A DNA stretch of 64,000 nucleotides from a virus (IMGVR_UViG_3300044630_002233:7787-71786); one strand, 5' to 3'. Shown: positions 17,478-27,174, counted from the stretch's first letter. Translations and numbers: made by a program. Notes: a model not told the origin generated them from the sequence alone.

Positions 17478-17930
17478 TTACAATGTAAAAAGGACTGGAG
17501 CCTCCATACCCTTCTCCCAGAAATACAACTCTACTTCTGGTGGTAGTTTCTTCCTCATTCCTCTAAGAACCTTTTTGTTGTCCTCATAGTGTCGTTGAAC
17601 ACCAAGTTCCAAAACTTTGGAAGTCTTGTAGTTTACAACATTTTCTACAGTTCGTGTATCCGTAAGTAAGTGGAAACTTAGGACACGTCCAGTATAGTTT
17701 TTATCCAGCCATTCTTTTGTGATATGGTGGATTTTTGATTCAGCCTTCCTAGCTGAGATGGCATGGAAGGTTTCCTCTACTGGTTCAATAAGACGTTCCG
17801 CAGACGCATACCATTCATAAAGAAAATCTTTACGTGCACGACGTTGCTCGCCATTCATCCTACCCCACTTTGTTTCGTTAGCAGGTGGCTGAGCAGCGAG
17901 AACACCGTCAATATCATAAGATACTATCAT
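17478..17930 (-). CDS. 5'(3')-deoxyribonucleotidase-like HAD nucleotidase
   Basis: MIVSYDIDGVL (DxDGVL, the motif of the NT5C family). The likely start is the ATG at 17930, which overlaps the upstream stop (ATGA); the track ORF begins 19 codons earlier. Confidence 0.5.
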   Translation of the reverse strand: MIVSYDIDGVLAAQPPANETKWGRMNGEQRRARKDFLYEWYASAERLIEPVEETFHAISARKAESKIHHITKEWLDKNYTGRVLSFHLLTDTRTVENVVNYKTSKVLELGVQRHYEDNKKVLRGMRKKLPPEVELYFWEKGMEAPVLFTL

Positions 17931-18934
17931 AGGAAACTTAGATCTATCTTGTCTGTATTTAAAATATACTGTTTCTGCGCCAGCCAAATCTTCTCACGTT
18001 TCTCAACTGAGAGAGAAGCAAACTTCTCGATCGCTTCCGCATTATCCGCAGGAAAACACCAAACCAATCCGTTGTTTCCTTGTGGTGCGCAGACAGGAAT
18101 GCCAGCATAGACAGCATGGTAAGCACGACCAGTACGCCAGCCTGAACGCTTATGCTTGTCATCATAAACAGCAAGACAACCATGATACTTCTGATAGAAA
18201 GCACGTCTATCTCTTTGCTGTGGATTCTCAACGATATTCAACCCAACGTAGTCTGACCATTCAGTTTCTTTACCTGCTACTTCAAGATATGATGACTTTG
18301 TATATTCTTTGAAGTGTTTAGTGCGACCATTTGGGCGACCGATATAAACTACCTTCTCGATTGACCCAGCATGAAAGTTTGCGAAGTCCATACCTGAAGC
18401 CATCGGTAAGTCAATAGTAGTTGTACCTTCTGGGCATTTTAGAATGGTAGCAACTTCAGATGGTACTGCAGCATTAGCAGCGATAGTCCAACGTGACCAA
18501 TCTTCATCAGGTAACAACTCCCAAAGGAATGGTAGGTCTGGGTCATCGTTAAGGAACACAATTTTACCCTTGTGCGCTTTGATCATCTCAACAGTTTTAT
18601 CCCAATACTTCTGATAGAACTGTAGGTTAGTACCACCAAACTCAAGCACAAGTGTATCACACTCTTGGTAAATATCAAAAGATTCAAAGCCATCGTTGGC
18701 TGTTGCTTCAGTTGGTTCTGATAAAGGGATGATACGCATACCTGCGCCAAGTACGTTCTTAAAAAATGCTACACGTTTCTCTACCCATGCACCACGAATA
18801 CCATTCTCTTGGTTAGTTAAACCAATCTTACCTGATACCCTGCGGTAGCCAATCTTCTTTCCTGTGTTACTAGAGTTGGCTGAGTAGAACCACTCTAGTA
18901 ACTTTTCTTCACCTAGAAACTCATGTAATGACAT
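17927..18934 (-). CDS. T4 beta-glucosyltransferase-like DNA glycosyltransferase (GT-B fold)
   Basis: KIVFLNDDPDLPF is comparable to T4 BGT KIYYLFTDIRLPF. VVYIGRPNGRTKHFKEY is comparable to BGT VIYGGSFRSGQRESKM. The length, 335 aa, is close to BGT at 351 aa. The similarity is recalled from memory, not aligned. Confidence 0.4.
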   Translation of the reverse strand: MSLHEFLGEEKLLEWFYSANSSNTGKKIGYRRVSGKIGLTNQENGIRGAWVEKRVAFFKNVLGAGMRIIPLSEPTEATANDGFESFDIYQECDTLVLEFGGTNLQFYQKYWDKTVEMIKAHKGKIVFLNDDPDLPFLWELLPDEDWSRWTIAANAAVPSEVATILKCPEGTTTIDLPMASGMDFANFHAGSIEKVVYIGRPNGRTKHFKEYTKSSYLEVAGKETEWSDYVGLNIVENPQQRDRRAFYQKYHGCLAVYDDKHKRSGWRTGRAYHAVYAGIPVCAPQGNNGLVWCFPADNAEAIEKFASLSVEKREKIWLAQKQYILNTDKIDLSFL

Positions 18935-18940
18935 ATTATG

Positions 18941-20254
18941 TTATCCTAAAAAGTCTGCGAGAGAACCAGCACTTGCCTTTGGATGATAAGTGTGAAGCAT
19001 ATGTTCTCCACCTTTCTCACGCAAGAAGTCATACCATTCTTCCTCTTCCCACATTCCTGGAGAAACACCATTCCACAATTTCTTATACAAGCGATGCTCA
19101 GTATTCAAGCGACGTTGTTCAACGTATTCAAAACGAAAATCTTCATATTCTTTGCTACCAAGTTCTAGCATTTTTTCACGGAAGTATACAACCAAACTTA
19201 CACGCTCTGAACCTTCTTCACAAACAATAGGTGTATTGCCATGGATGATTTCGTGGTTATTAACCAACAACAAATCACCTGGACGCACGTTAACAGCCAT
19301 ACGGATCTCAGGGAAAATCAAATACCCACCTGAGTAACGACCATCGTTAGATAATGTCAACAGATTTGAGAGACCAGAATCCAAATCACCAGCATCACGA
19401 TGAGCAGCAGTGCGGAATGTTTTGTTTACAGTAACTGTTGTAAATGGTGTTTCTGGGATAAGGAATCTAGAATCAATTTTCTTAGCTGCTGCCATTTGAT
19501 TGCCATATCTCCAAGGCAACAACTCAGCAAAACCTTTAGCCAAGTGCTGTAAGAATGGGTATGCCATTTTAAACTTATCAAAGTTGTCTCTTGTATAAGT
19601 TGTAGCACGACCATAAGGGATACGTGGGTAGCGATCAAACCAACCAGCGATACCAGAATCAACTGGATTGCCATAAGATGTTTCGCTAATCATCTTCATG
19701 GTTTCTTCACATGACTTAGCACGTTCTTCTGGCGTCATAGTTTTGATGGAATCAACCCACTCATCAAAATTAAATTTACCACGGAAACGTGAGATAACCC
19801 AAACATTGTTTTTGCCAGAGCCAAGTGCCTTTAAACGTGACTCTGCTGTTGGATATTTTGAGCGAACATTTTCAATTGGGTCACCAGAAAATAGAGATGC
19901 CTTGCGACCATCAAGAAGCGCATTAATCATTTCTTCCTGATAGTTAGTAACCCACTCACGTCCTTCACCATTAACTTGTGTTCCAGCTTTAATACCTGAA
20001 GCCAAGCCACGATTCTCTGTTCGTTGAGCAGCTTCTCTTAGTCCATGATATGCTGCGTCTTGTTCTTCTTTAGTAAAGAAGTTCTTACGGAATTTGAAAG
20101 CGATCTTCTGTTCGTTTGGCGCTTCACCATAACCAACTGGCAAATAGCAATCAGTATCTTCCTCGATTAGAATATCATAATTTGATTCATCAAGAAACAT
20201 ACCCATAAGATTTTCACAATCATGTTTAGTTTCTGCTACAATAACTCGTGTCAT
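18941..20254 (-). CDS. 2OG-Fe(II) dioxygenase, TET/JBP-like (nucleobase hydroxylase candidate)
   Basis: AAHRDAGDL...LSNLLTL is comparable to TET2 AHAHRDLHNM...STLVCTL. The distal His is in HEIIHGNTP, followed by RVSLVVYF (the RxS 2-oxoglutarate contact). It sits next to a glucosyltransferase-like gene. Confidence 0.4.
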   Translation of the reverse strand: MTRVIVAETKHDCENLMGMFLDESNYDILIEEDTDCYLPVGYGEAPNEQKIAFKFRKNFFTKEEQDAAYHGLREAAQRTENRGLASGIKAGTQVNGEGREWVTNYQEEMINALLDGRKASLFSGDPIENVRSKYPTAESRLKALGSGKNNVWVISRFRGKFNFDEWVDSIKTMTPEERAKSCEETMKMISETSYGNPVDSGIAGWFDRYPRIPYGRATTYTRDNFDKFKMAYPFLQHLAKGFAELLPWRYGNQMAAAKKIDSRFLIPETPFTTVTVNKTFRTAAHRDAGDLDSGLSNLLTLSNDGRYSGGYLIFPEIRMAVNVRPGDLLLVNNHEIIHGNTPIVCEEGSERVSLVVYFREKMLELGSKEYEDFRFEYVEQRRLNTEHRLYKKLWNGVSPGMWEEEEWYDFLREKGGEHMLHTYHPKASAGSLADFLG

Positions 20255-20265
20255 AATAGTATCCT

Positions 20266-21669
20266 TTAAAAATTAAACTCTGCGTCTATTGTTTTTGTTT
20301 TTCTACTTCTGTCGAAAAGTGGAGTATCATCACCGATATCTTCCTTAGTATATGTATTCGACTTTTGATTTCCAACATTAGACTGAGCACCCACTTCAAC
20401 ATTATATAACTTCATTTTACTTCTGTCAACCCCAATTACAAACCTTTTATAATTTCCAGGATCCGCATAACGATTCTTGAGTTGCTTAACCATAATCTGT
20501 CCAAGTTCCTCTAGTTCTTCAGTAGAAACTAAAGCAAGCATTAAGTCTGCTGTTGCTGGAAGACCAAACGATTCAGAAGTATCTTCCAATCCAGGATCGC
20601 TATTTGTAAAACCACTTCGTGTAGTTTGAGTAGCAGAAACAATAGGAACATTGTATTCACCTGCTAGACCACGAAGTTCTTCAGCGATGGACTTAATATA
20701 TGTATATGAGTTAACACTAGCACCCAACTTTAATCTTGATGAAGCACAGATATTCAAGTAGTCAACGAAAACAATATCTGGTTTAAATTCACGCTTCATC
20801 TTTAATTCTTCAAGCAATGCTCTGAAGTGGCCAGAGTGAGCAGAAGCAGTAGGATATTCTTTGACAATCAATTTACCTTGCGTTTTACTTTGAACCTTTT
20901 GAACACGACGTTCAAATAATTCTCTATCAACAACTGCAAGTTCATCCATACCAAGATTAAGCAAGTTCGCATCAATACGTTCAGCAATACGTTCCTCTGC
21001 CATCTCCATAGTGATATAGAGAACATTTCTACCTTGCATTAGAGAAGTCGCTGCGACGTGACACATAAACAAAGACTTACCCACACCAGTACCAGCGAGG
21101 ATAATGTTTAGGGTCTTTTTAGACAATCCACCTTTGGTGATTGTATTGAGCATGTCGAGGTCGAATGGAAGTTTTTCTTCGACTCTATGGTAGAAGTCCC
21201 ATCGAGCTTCGAAGTCTTCCAGATAATCGTGACCAATGTGATTATCAAAAGAAACAGCAAGAGCATCAGACAACAATGAAGGAATGGCATCCTGTTGTCT
21301 TTGTTTGTCTTTTCCTTCGATAATTCGAATAGAGTCCATAATAGCATTATAGACAGCCCTTTGCTTACAGAATGATTCCGTTTCAATTTCTAACCAATCC
21401 TGTACGGTATCAGTTGGCGTCAACTCTGAAATATATTGTTGAAGTTCTTTAGACTCAACTTCATTTATATCTGTTCTGTTGCCAACTTCAATCGCAAGGA
21501 TTTCATTTGTTGCTGGTTTGTTAAACTCACTGAAGAATTTAATAATCTCAGTCGCAAGGATTTTCTCCCTGCGGTCTGAGAAATATGTTGGATCTATGTG
21601 AGGTAATACTTTACGACAAAAATTTTCATTATGAACCAGATTCGCTAGAATCGTTTTTTCTATCCTCAT
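20266..21669 (-). CDS. 41: replicative DNA helicase (T4 gp41-like, DnaB family)
   Basis: Walker A GTGVGKS. The N-terminus [30 protein letters not shown] parallels the T4 gp41 start. RecA-fold motifs are present downstream. Confidence 0.85.
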   Translation of the reverse strand: MRIEKTILANLVHNENFCRKVLPHIDPTYFSDRREKILATEIIKFFSEFNKPATNEILAIEVGNRTDINEVESKELQQYISELTPTDTVQDWLEIETESFCKQRAVYNAIMDSIRIIEGKDKQRQQDAIPSLLSDALAVSFDNHIGHDYLEDFEARWDFYHRVEEKLPFDLDMLNTITKGGLSKKTLNIILAGTGVGKSLFMCHVAATSLMQGRNVLYITMEMAEERIAERIDANLLNLGMDELAVVDRELFERRVQKVQSKTQGKLIVKEYPTASAHSGHFRALLEELKMKREFKPDIVFVDYLNICASSRLKLGASVNSYTYIKSIAEELRGLAGEYNVPIVSATQTTRSGFTNSDPGLEDTSESFGLPATADLMLALVSTEELEELGQIMVKQLKNRYADPGNYKRFVIGVDRSKMKLYNVEVGAQSNVGNQKSNTYTKEDIGDDTPLFDRSRKTKTIDAEFNF

Positions 21670-21955
21670 CAACACCACCTGAATAAACAATTGAATTATT
21701 TTTTAGTCCTTCTTCAATCAAATGATGAAGGATCTCACCTACAGTTTGCTCGAAGGCTGGCTTGTCAAACTTTTCGTCTTCAATAACATTATGCATGGTA
21801 TATTCAAACGACAACTTTGCAGACGAACCATCGGGCATTTCTGATACTTCTACTTTACCATATTCATATATTATACCTGAAAATTGACCACCTGTCAACT
21901 CTACAGTATAGATTGCAGTATCATTTGTGTGTTCAATCAGCTTGAACGGTGTCAT
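21629..21955 (-). CDS. hypothetical protein (108 aa)
   Basis: ORF between uvsX and gene 41; overlaps both slightly. Confidence 0.4.
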   Translation of the reverse strand: MTPFKLIEHTNDTAIYTVELTGGQFSGIIYEYGKVEVSEMPDGSSAKLSFEYTMHNVIEDEKFDKPAFEQTVGEILHHLIEEGLKNNSIVYSGGVDEDRKNDSSESGS

Positions 21956-23003
21956 CTTCTAACTCCTCATCAACTTCTGATGTATCCAATGATTCATGAC
22001 CAAATTTATATTTCTTTGCAGTATACTCATTAATTTGCTGCAAGATATCTTTGGTGAAATATTTTTCTGGATCTTCAGAGATATGTTTGCCAAACACTTT
22101 CTTACCATCAGGAAGTTCGATACGACCACCCTGTGACTTCCAAATACCTGCCTCAACTGCTAAGTCAGTAAGACCATGATAACGATCTAGACCAGATGAG
22201 AATGACAGTTTGGTTTCTACCATTGATTGTTCTTTAGTAAAACGTGATTTCTCAAGTTTACATTTAATGATGTTGCCAATAACTTCTGTACCATCTTTGT
22301 CCTTAGACTTAGAAAGGAAAACAATAGTTGAAGCAGCATACTTAAGACCATCACCACCTCCCATAGTCTTAGTTGGAACATAAGCACCAACAACAGCGTA
22401 GGTATGATTAGTAACAATCATAGCAATATCAAGTTTAGCAAGTTTCAAAGAAAGAACACGGAAAGCGCCACGAACCAATTGAGCACGTGTCATATCACGT
22501 GTCTCTTTACCTTCGGCAATATCTTCCATCTCTTTAGATGTAGAAAGCATACCCAATGAATCTAGACACAATAGTAATTGTGGGCGATCATTCTTTGGTC
22601 GTTTCTCATATGCATCAAGAATCTTTGTTGCTTGAGTGCGGAACTCTTGGACAGTCGATACAGGAACAATAACAAATCTACGTGTATCAATACCACGCTC
22701 TGTTAACATATCACGTGTCAACGCTCCCTCAGTTTCAAAATATACAACTCCTGCTTCTGGATTGGCTTGTAGAAAGTTCTTACATATCCCGAGGGCGTAG
22801 AAGGTTTTTCCAGTTGAACTTTCTCCTGCAAGTGCTGTAACTTTATTAGAAGGAAGACCGCCAAAAATAGAACCACTGAGTAAAGCATTGAACGCATAAC
22901 TACCAGTGTCAATGAAACTAGCAGTGTCGCCCACAATGCCATCATCAGCCAGTCCAGCATACTCATTATCAAGTTCCTTTACGATTGTCTTTAAAAAATC
23001 CAT
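21933..23003 (-). CDS. uvsX: UvsX RecA-like recombinase
   Basis: Walker [12 protein letters not shown], RecA-fold core, and position between gene 41 and gene 43 as in T4. Confidence 0.8.
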   Translation of the reverse strand: MDFLKTIVKELDNEYAGLADDGIVGDTASFIDTGSYAFNALLSGSIFGGLPSNKVTALAGESSTGKTFYALGICKNFLQANPEAGVVYFETEGALTRDMLTERGIDTRRFVIVPVSTVQEFRTQATKILDAYEKRPKNDRPQLLLCLDSLGMLSTSKEMEDIAEGKETRDMTRAQLVRGAFRVLSLKLAKLDIAMIVTNHTYAVVGAYVPTKTMGGGDGLKYAASTIVFLSKSKDKDGTEVIGNIIKCKLEKSRFTKEQSMVETKLSFSSGLDRYHGLTDLAVEAGIWKSQGGRIELPDGKKVFGKHISEDPEKYFTKDILQQINEYTAKKYKFGHESLDTSEVDEELEDDTVQAD

Positions 23004-23031
23004 GTTCTTCTCCGTATATGTTTATATGTTT

Positions 23032-23060
23032 AGTATATAATAGTTTGTGTTAAATGTCAA
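23032..23060 (-). promoter_or_regulatory. Early sigma70-like promoter (TTGACA-N17-TATACT)
   Basis: Read on the minus strand, upstream of the uvsX RBS GGAGAAG. Confidence 0.55.
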
Positions 23061-23061
23061 G

Positions 23062-23505
23062 TTATTTGCACCAAGATTGTTTTGCTTCTCCAAAATATTC
23101 TCGTGCAAGACCTTTCTCAATAAGTTGAGCACGTAAACTCTTGCCATCTAGGATAACGTCTCCAAGGACACGACCACCAAACTTATCCCATGACATCAGA
23201 GCAACTTTAACTTGCTTTGCTTCTGCAACTGCTTTCTTTGTAAAAGCAGTAGCTTCTTCACCACGCTGCGCTTCACTTGGACATTGTGCACGTGAACCTT
23301 TTTCTGGAGTATCAACACCAAAGATACGAACACTCAAAACAGGTTTAAGTGGTGGTGGTAAAAACTTTGCTTCAAACTCAACGGTATCACCGTCTTTAAC
23401 TTTTGTAACTTTCCAGTCATATTGAACACTTGGTTGTTCTTTTGCTTGCGCTGGAAGCATGAGTGCTAGGAAAACAAATCCTACTGCGTAATATAGTTTC
23501 TTCAT
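23062..23505 (-). CDS. secreted staphylococcal-nuclease-like (SNase/thermonuclease) protein
   Basis: Signal peptide MKKLYYAVGFVFLALMLPAQA, then KDGDTVEF...RIFGVDTPEKG, the SNase catalytic motif. Confidence 0.6.
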   Translation of the reverse strand: MKKLYYAVGFVFLALMLPAQAKEQPSVQYDWKVTKVKDGDTVEFEAKFLPPPLKPVLSVRIFGVDTPEKGSRAQCPSEAQRGEEATAFTKKAVAEAKQVKVALMSWDKFGGRVLGDVILDGKSLRAQLIEKGLAREYFGEAKQSWCK

Positions 23506-25991
23506 CCAAAAAACTCCTCTAAATTAGATTTCTCTTCGATTGACCAACCGATTGGTTGGATAAGACTTTCAAGTTGTTCAAGAAAAACTTTCTCAAACAT
23601 CAATTCATAGTCAACGTATTTATGTAGGTTAAGCTCTTTTGGCAACTCACCAGCAAAGGCAACCACGTTTTCTTGAATGGTATTTGGAACCTTTAAGTAA
23701 ACAAACTTAATTTTATCACCATCACGAATCATTGGATATTTCTTATCCAACTTATTTTGTTTAACGTAGTGATTAAACAAGAGAGCACCTCGCACATGAA
23801 TCGGTGTTCCCTTTTTATATATTGTAGAAGAAGCTGTATATTCTTTTAGACCATTCAATCCACGTGGGAATGCAATCTGCTCAACAGGCAACTCTTTAAA
23901 CTGAATGCGGAACTCATTAATAAACTTATGCAATTTACTTTCATCACCAGCAAGAATTACTTTCAACACTTCCTTCATCTTAGAACGGATAACTTGTGGT
24001 GTTGAAGATTTCACCATCTCTAGACCCATAACTTTTAATTTGGGTTGAGCATATTGAACACCCTCAGAGTTATGGACATTTAAAATATAACGCTTTTTCG
24101 CAGTCCAGATTGCTTTGTCGGCAAGAACCTCACGCTTCATCTGCATCTTCTGAGCATACGCATTCATATACTCAGCAAGTTTTTGATAGGTTGTATCTAT
24201 GAAAGGTTGGAAGGCATCCTCACAGATTTTATCCATGTATTTAATTTTCTGTTCATCTGTTTTCCCAGCACAAGTATGCTCAACCAAATCTTCAAGCGAT
24301 AGGTAGATGGAATCAGTATCAATAGCAATGACATAATCTTTGTCTTCAGTCTTTAAAATCTTATTCATGTATTTGTTAAACTCGTTAGCCATCCAACGGA
24401 TAGATAACTGCCCAGATGTCGTGATGCCTTCAGCAATCCTTACGTCAAAGTAACGGAAGTATTGATTACCGATCGCACCATAAGCTGAGTTCAAAGCAAT
24501 CTTCATAGCCATCTGTAGATTGTTGAGTCTTGAGATTTCTTTCAGTAGGTGAGTCTTTGACTTATCGTTCTGATATTCTTGCTCGACTTTCAACATCTGC
24601 TTTTTAAACTTAGAACGATTCACATACATTTGCTCCATCAACTCTGGCATGAAACCTCTTACGTCTTTGCGATAGCACCAGCCATTTGCGCTGACTGCTA
24701 GATCTTGCCTATGCCCATAGGAAGTATCAACATCTTTGTTTAGAAGTTTCTCAACGCTGATACCATGGACTTTTTCATCAGTCAATGTTTCAGGACTCAT
24801 GTTATACTGCATAATCAAATGCGGATACAGACTGTTCAAGTCAAAAGAAGCCACCCAACGATGCGCACCAATAATTGGATCTTTAACAAATGCACCTTCA
24901 AATGCTTCGGTTTTATTTGTTCGTGTCTTCTCAGGGATGACAATGTTTCTCTGACGTAGGTGATTATAGATGATAGAATCCCACATACGTACTTGAGAGA
25001 AAACATCCTCGTAGTTAATCTTAGCATTGTAAGCCATAGTGATTAACAACTCAATCAACTTCATTTTATCTTCAAGTCTATCGACAAGACGTGTATCATG
25101 GATGTTATACTTAACGAAAAGATCCCAATGCTTAGCATAGAAGTCACGGAAGTTATCTTCAGGATTCTCTAATTTGTTTTCGCCAAGTTCAACGAAAGCG
25201 ATGTGATCCAGTTTATATGATTCTTGTGCAGTATACGTATACTTCTTATAGAGATCTAAGTAGTCAACAGTAGATATGCCAACCATGTCATAACAAATCT
25301 CTTCGTTACCTTTGACATGAATTCTGCGTTCATTAACGATATCCCATGGTGACATCTTCTTAGAGAAACTGTTACCAAGGACTTTATCAATCCTGCGAAC
25401 AAGATAAGGGATATCAAAGAAGTTGATATTCCAGCCAGTGATAATGTCAGGGGATTGTGTTTGCCAGAAGATGAGAAATTCTTTTAGTAGAGAAGATTCA
25501 TTTTGGCATTGAATATAACGAACACCTTCTGCGCCAGCAAATGGACGTGAGCCGAAGGTAGTAATTTGTTTTGTGAAGTTATCTTGTATAGTGATTAGAA
25601 GAACTTCTTCCGCAGCAGATTCAACATTAGGGAAACCACTTTCAGCACCTACTTCAATATCAATAGAGAAAATTTTAATCTTCTCAATATCCCAGCGAAT
25701 GTCGTTTGAGTAACTATCGCTGATGTATTGGTGAGCATAGTTTGCGTTGCCATATACGCTGAATCCATCTACCTCTTTGTATCGTTCAATAAAGTCACGT
25801 GCTTCATTAATATCACCAAACTTAACTTCGCTTACTGGTTCACCAAACAAGGTGCGCCACTCACTAGGTTTATTTGATTTGATGTAGAGGGTTGGAGAAA
25901 AATCAATTTTAGTTTTGTATGGGTTGCCGTTCTTGACTGCACGAACAAGCAACTTGTTCCCATACTTAGTTACGTTTGTGTAAAATTCCAT
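23502..25991 (-). CDS. 43: DNA polymerase, family B (T4 gp43-like)
   Basis: Exo I motif FSIDIEV, and pol motifs DxxSLYPS (FDLNSLYPH), KxxxNSxYG (KIALNSAYG) and YGDTDS-like VIAIDTDSIY. Confidence 0.9.
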   Translation of the reverse strand: MEFYTNVTKYGNKLLVRAVKNGNPYKTKIDFSPTLYIKSNKPSEWRTLFGEPVSEVKFGDINEARDFIERYKEVDGFSVYGNANYAHQYISDSYSNDIRWDIEKIKIFSIDIEVGAESGFPNVESAAEEVLLITIQDNFTKQITTFGSRPFAGAEGVRYIQCQNESSLLKEFLIFWQTQSPDIITGWNINFFDIPYLVRRIDKVLGNSFSKKMSPWDIVNERRIHVKGNEEICYDMVGISTVDYLDLYKKYTYTAQESYKLDHIAFVELGENKLENPEDNFRDFYAKHWDLFVKYNIHDTRLVDRLEDKMKLIELLITMAYNAKINYEDVFSQVRMWDSIIYNHLRQRNIVIPEKTRTNKTEAFEGAFVKDPIIGAHRWVASFDLNSLYPHLIMQYNMSPETLTDEKVHGISVEKLLNKDVDTSYGHRQDLAVSANGWCYRKDVRGFMPELMEQMYVNRSKFKKQMLKVEQEYQNDKSKTHLLKEISRLNNLQMAMKIALNSAYGAIGNQYFRYFDVRIAEGITTSGQLSIRWMANEFNKYMNKILKTEDKDYVIAIDTDSIYLSLEDLVEHTCAGKTDEQKIKYMDKICEDAFQPFIDTTYQKLAEYMNAYAQKMQMKREVLADKAIWTAKKRYILNVHNSEGVQYAQPKLKVMGLEMVKSSTPQVIRSKMKEVLKVILAGDESKLHKFINEFRIQFKELPVEQIAFPRGLNGLKEYTASSTIYKKGTPIHVRGALLFNHYVKQNKLDKKYPMIRDGDKIKFVYLKVPNTIQENVVAFAGELPKELNLHKYVDYELMFEKVFLEQLESLIQPIGWSIEEKSNLEEFFG

Positions 25992-26546
25992 TTATACCCC
26001 ATAAAGTAACATCATCGCATCAAGCGCACAGTCATGCGTAGGATGATGTTTAATCACATTGTGTCTTCCGAATGTAGGATGGTTCACATCCGCATAACCA
26101 TTCTTAGACGTAGAACATAGAATATCAACTCCAGTTCTAACGTCTCGCCAATCATTATAAGGCAAAAGACGTTCTGTGTCAAGTTTTAAGCAAAGACTAT
26201 CAATAACCATTTGGTCTAAAGAACCACGTGCCCAAATTTTAGCTGGACCATATTTCTTGATGTAGTCTTTTAATTTGTTGATTGCATCGATCGGATGTAA
26301 GTCATCTGGCGCTGGATCGAAACTCAGCTTTCGAATGTGAGGATGAATTTTACTCCACCATTCGAGTGTGTCTTTAGAAACTGTTCTTCCATACTTTTCG
26401 ATTTGAACCTTACTATCAAACTTTACAAACAAAGATTTGTTTAGTAGGGTATCATAATCGTCGCCTTCTTCGAAGTAGAGAATGGCAGCAGATAGAACAA
26501 CAGAAGTGGACTCAATATCAAGAGTCTCAATGTCAAACATATACAT
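25992..26546 (-). CDS. DEDD-family 3'-5' exonuclease (DexA-like)
   Basis: N-terminal MFDIETLDIE (Exo I DxE motif); the gene abuts gene 43. Confidence 0.45.
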   Translation of the reverse strand: MYMFDIETLDIESTSVVLSAAILYFEEGDDYDTLLNKSLFVKFDSKVQIEKYGRTVSKDTLEWWSKIHPHIRKLSFDPAPDDLHPIDAINKLKDYIKKYGPAKIWARGSLDQMVIDSLCLKLDTERLLPYNDWRDVRTGVDILCSTSKNGYADVNHPTFGRHNVIKHHPTHDCALDAMMLLYGV

Positions 26547-26581
26547 TATAAAACACCCATAGAAAAATCTCAGATATAATA

Positions 26582-26610
26582 ATTATACCTGAGATTCTAA
26601 TTAAAAGCAA
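26582..26610 (-). promoter_or_regulatory. Candidate early promoter (TTGCTT-N17-TATAAT)
   Basis: Consensus -10 with the shared AGG upstream extension; the -35 is weak. Confidence 0.35.
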
Positions 26611-26612
26611 AT

Positions 26613-26939
26613 TTAAGAAAGTTGGATACTTGAGGTTGGCATAGTATTTGCAATTTCTATACCAGAACCGTAGATGCGGTTATATTCGTTGACCATCTGT
26701 ACGTCAGGCTCACAGTCAGCTGCGATAGCTGTCTTGTAAACATAAACTTTTGCAAACTCTGCGTAAGCCATATATGGAGCAAGCGCAACACTAAACTTAC
26801 CGTCTGGTGTTTGACGCATTAGAATTACTGCTGGGGATTTTAGAATGATGCCTGTAGCATCTGAAGATTCTTCGCTGCCGATTACTTCTTCACCTGTTAA
26901 CAACTTAAAAATTTTCACTGTCATAGTTATCCTGTTCAA
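26613..26939 (-). CDS. hypothetical protein (108 aa)
   Basis: Minus-strand ORF. Confidence 0.4.
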   Translation of the reverse strand: MNRITMTVKIFKLLTGEEVIGSEESSDATGIILKSPAVILMRQTPDGKFSVALAPYMAYAEFAKVYVYKTAIAADCEPDVQMVNEYNRIYGSGIEIANTMPTSSIQLS

Positions 26940-27132
26940 TTAAAAAATCAATAAAACTCGATGCTTCATTAAAATCGGTGAAGTATCTTGAGAATACCTG
27001 CTCTTGGTAAAAGCAGTGTTGCGCAACAAGTAACACGTACTTGTCACGGAATACAGATATCTTTAACAACCAGTCTTTACGACGGACTGTTTGAAAAGAG
27101 ATCATATCTTTGGAGACTTTTGCTTTCATCAT
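26905..27132 (-). CDS. hypothetical protein (75 aa)
   Basis: Minus-strand ORF overlapping the previous gene by about 35 nt. Confidence 0.35.
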   Translation of the reverse strand: MMKAKVSKDMISFQTVRRKDWLLKISVFRDKYVLLVAQHCFYQEQVFSRYFTDFNEASSFIDFLIEQDNYDSENF

Positions 27133-27149
27133 ATTCTTATTTATGATGA

Positions 27150-27174
27150 AGAGGGAGTCTCCTCCCTCTTTTTT
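27150..27174 (+). terminator. Plus-strand-oriented intrinsic terminator hairpin (AGAGGGAG-TCTC-CTCCCTCT followed by TTTTT)
   Basis: Perfect 8-bp GC-rich stem followed by a T5 run on the plus strand only. The minus-strand reading lacks a downstream U tract. Confidence 0.45.
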
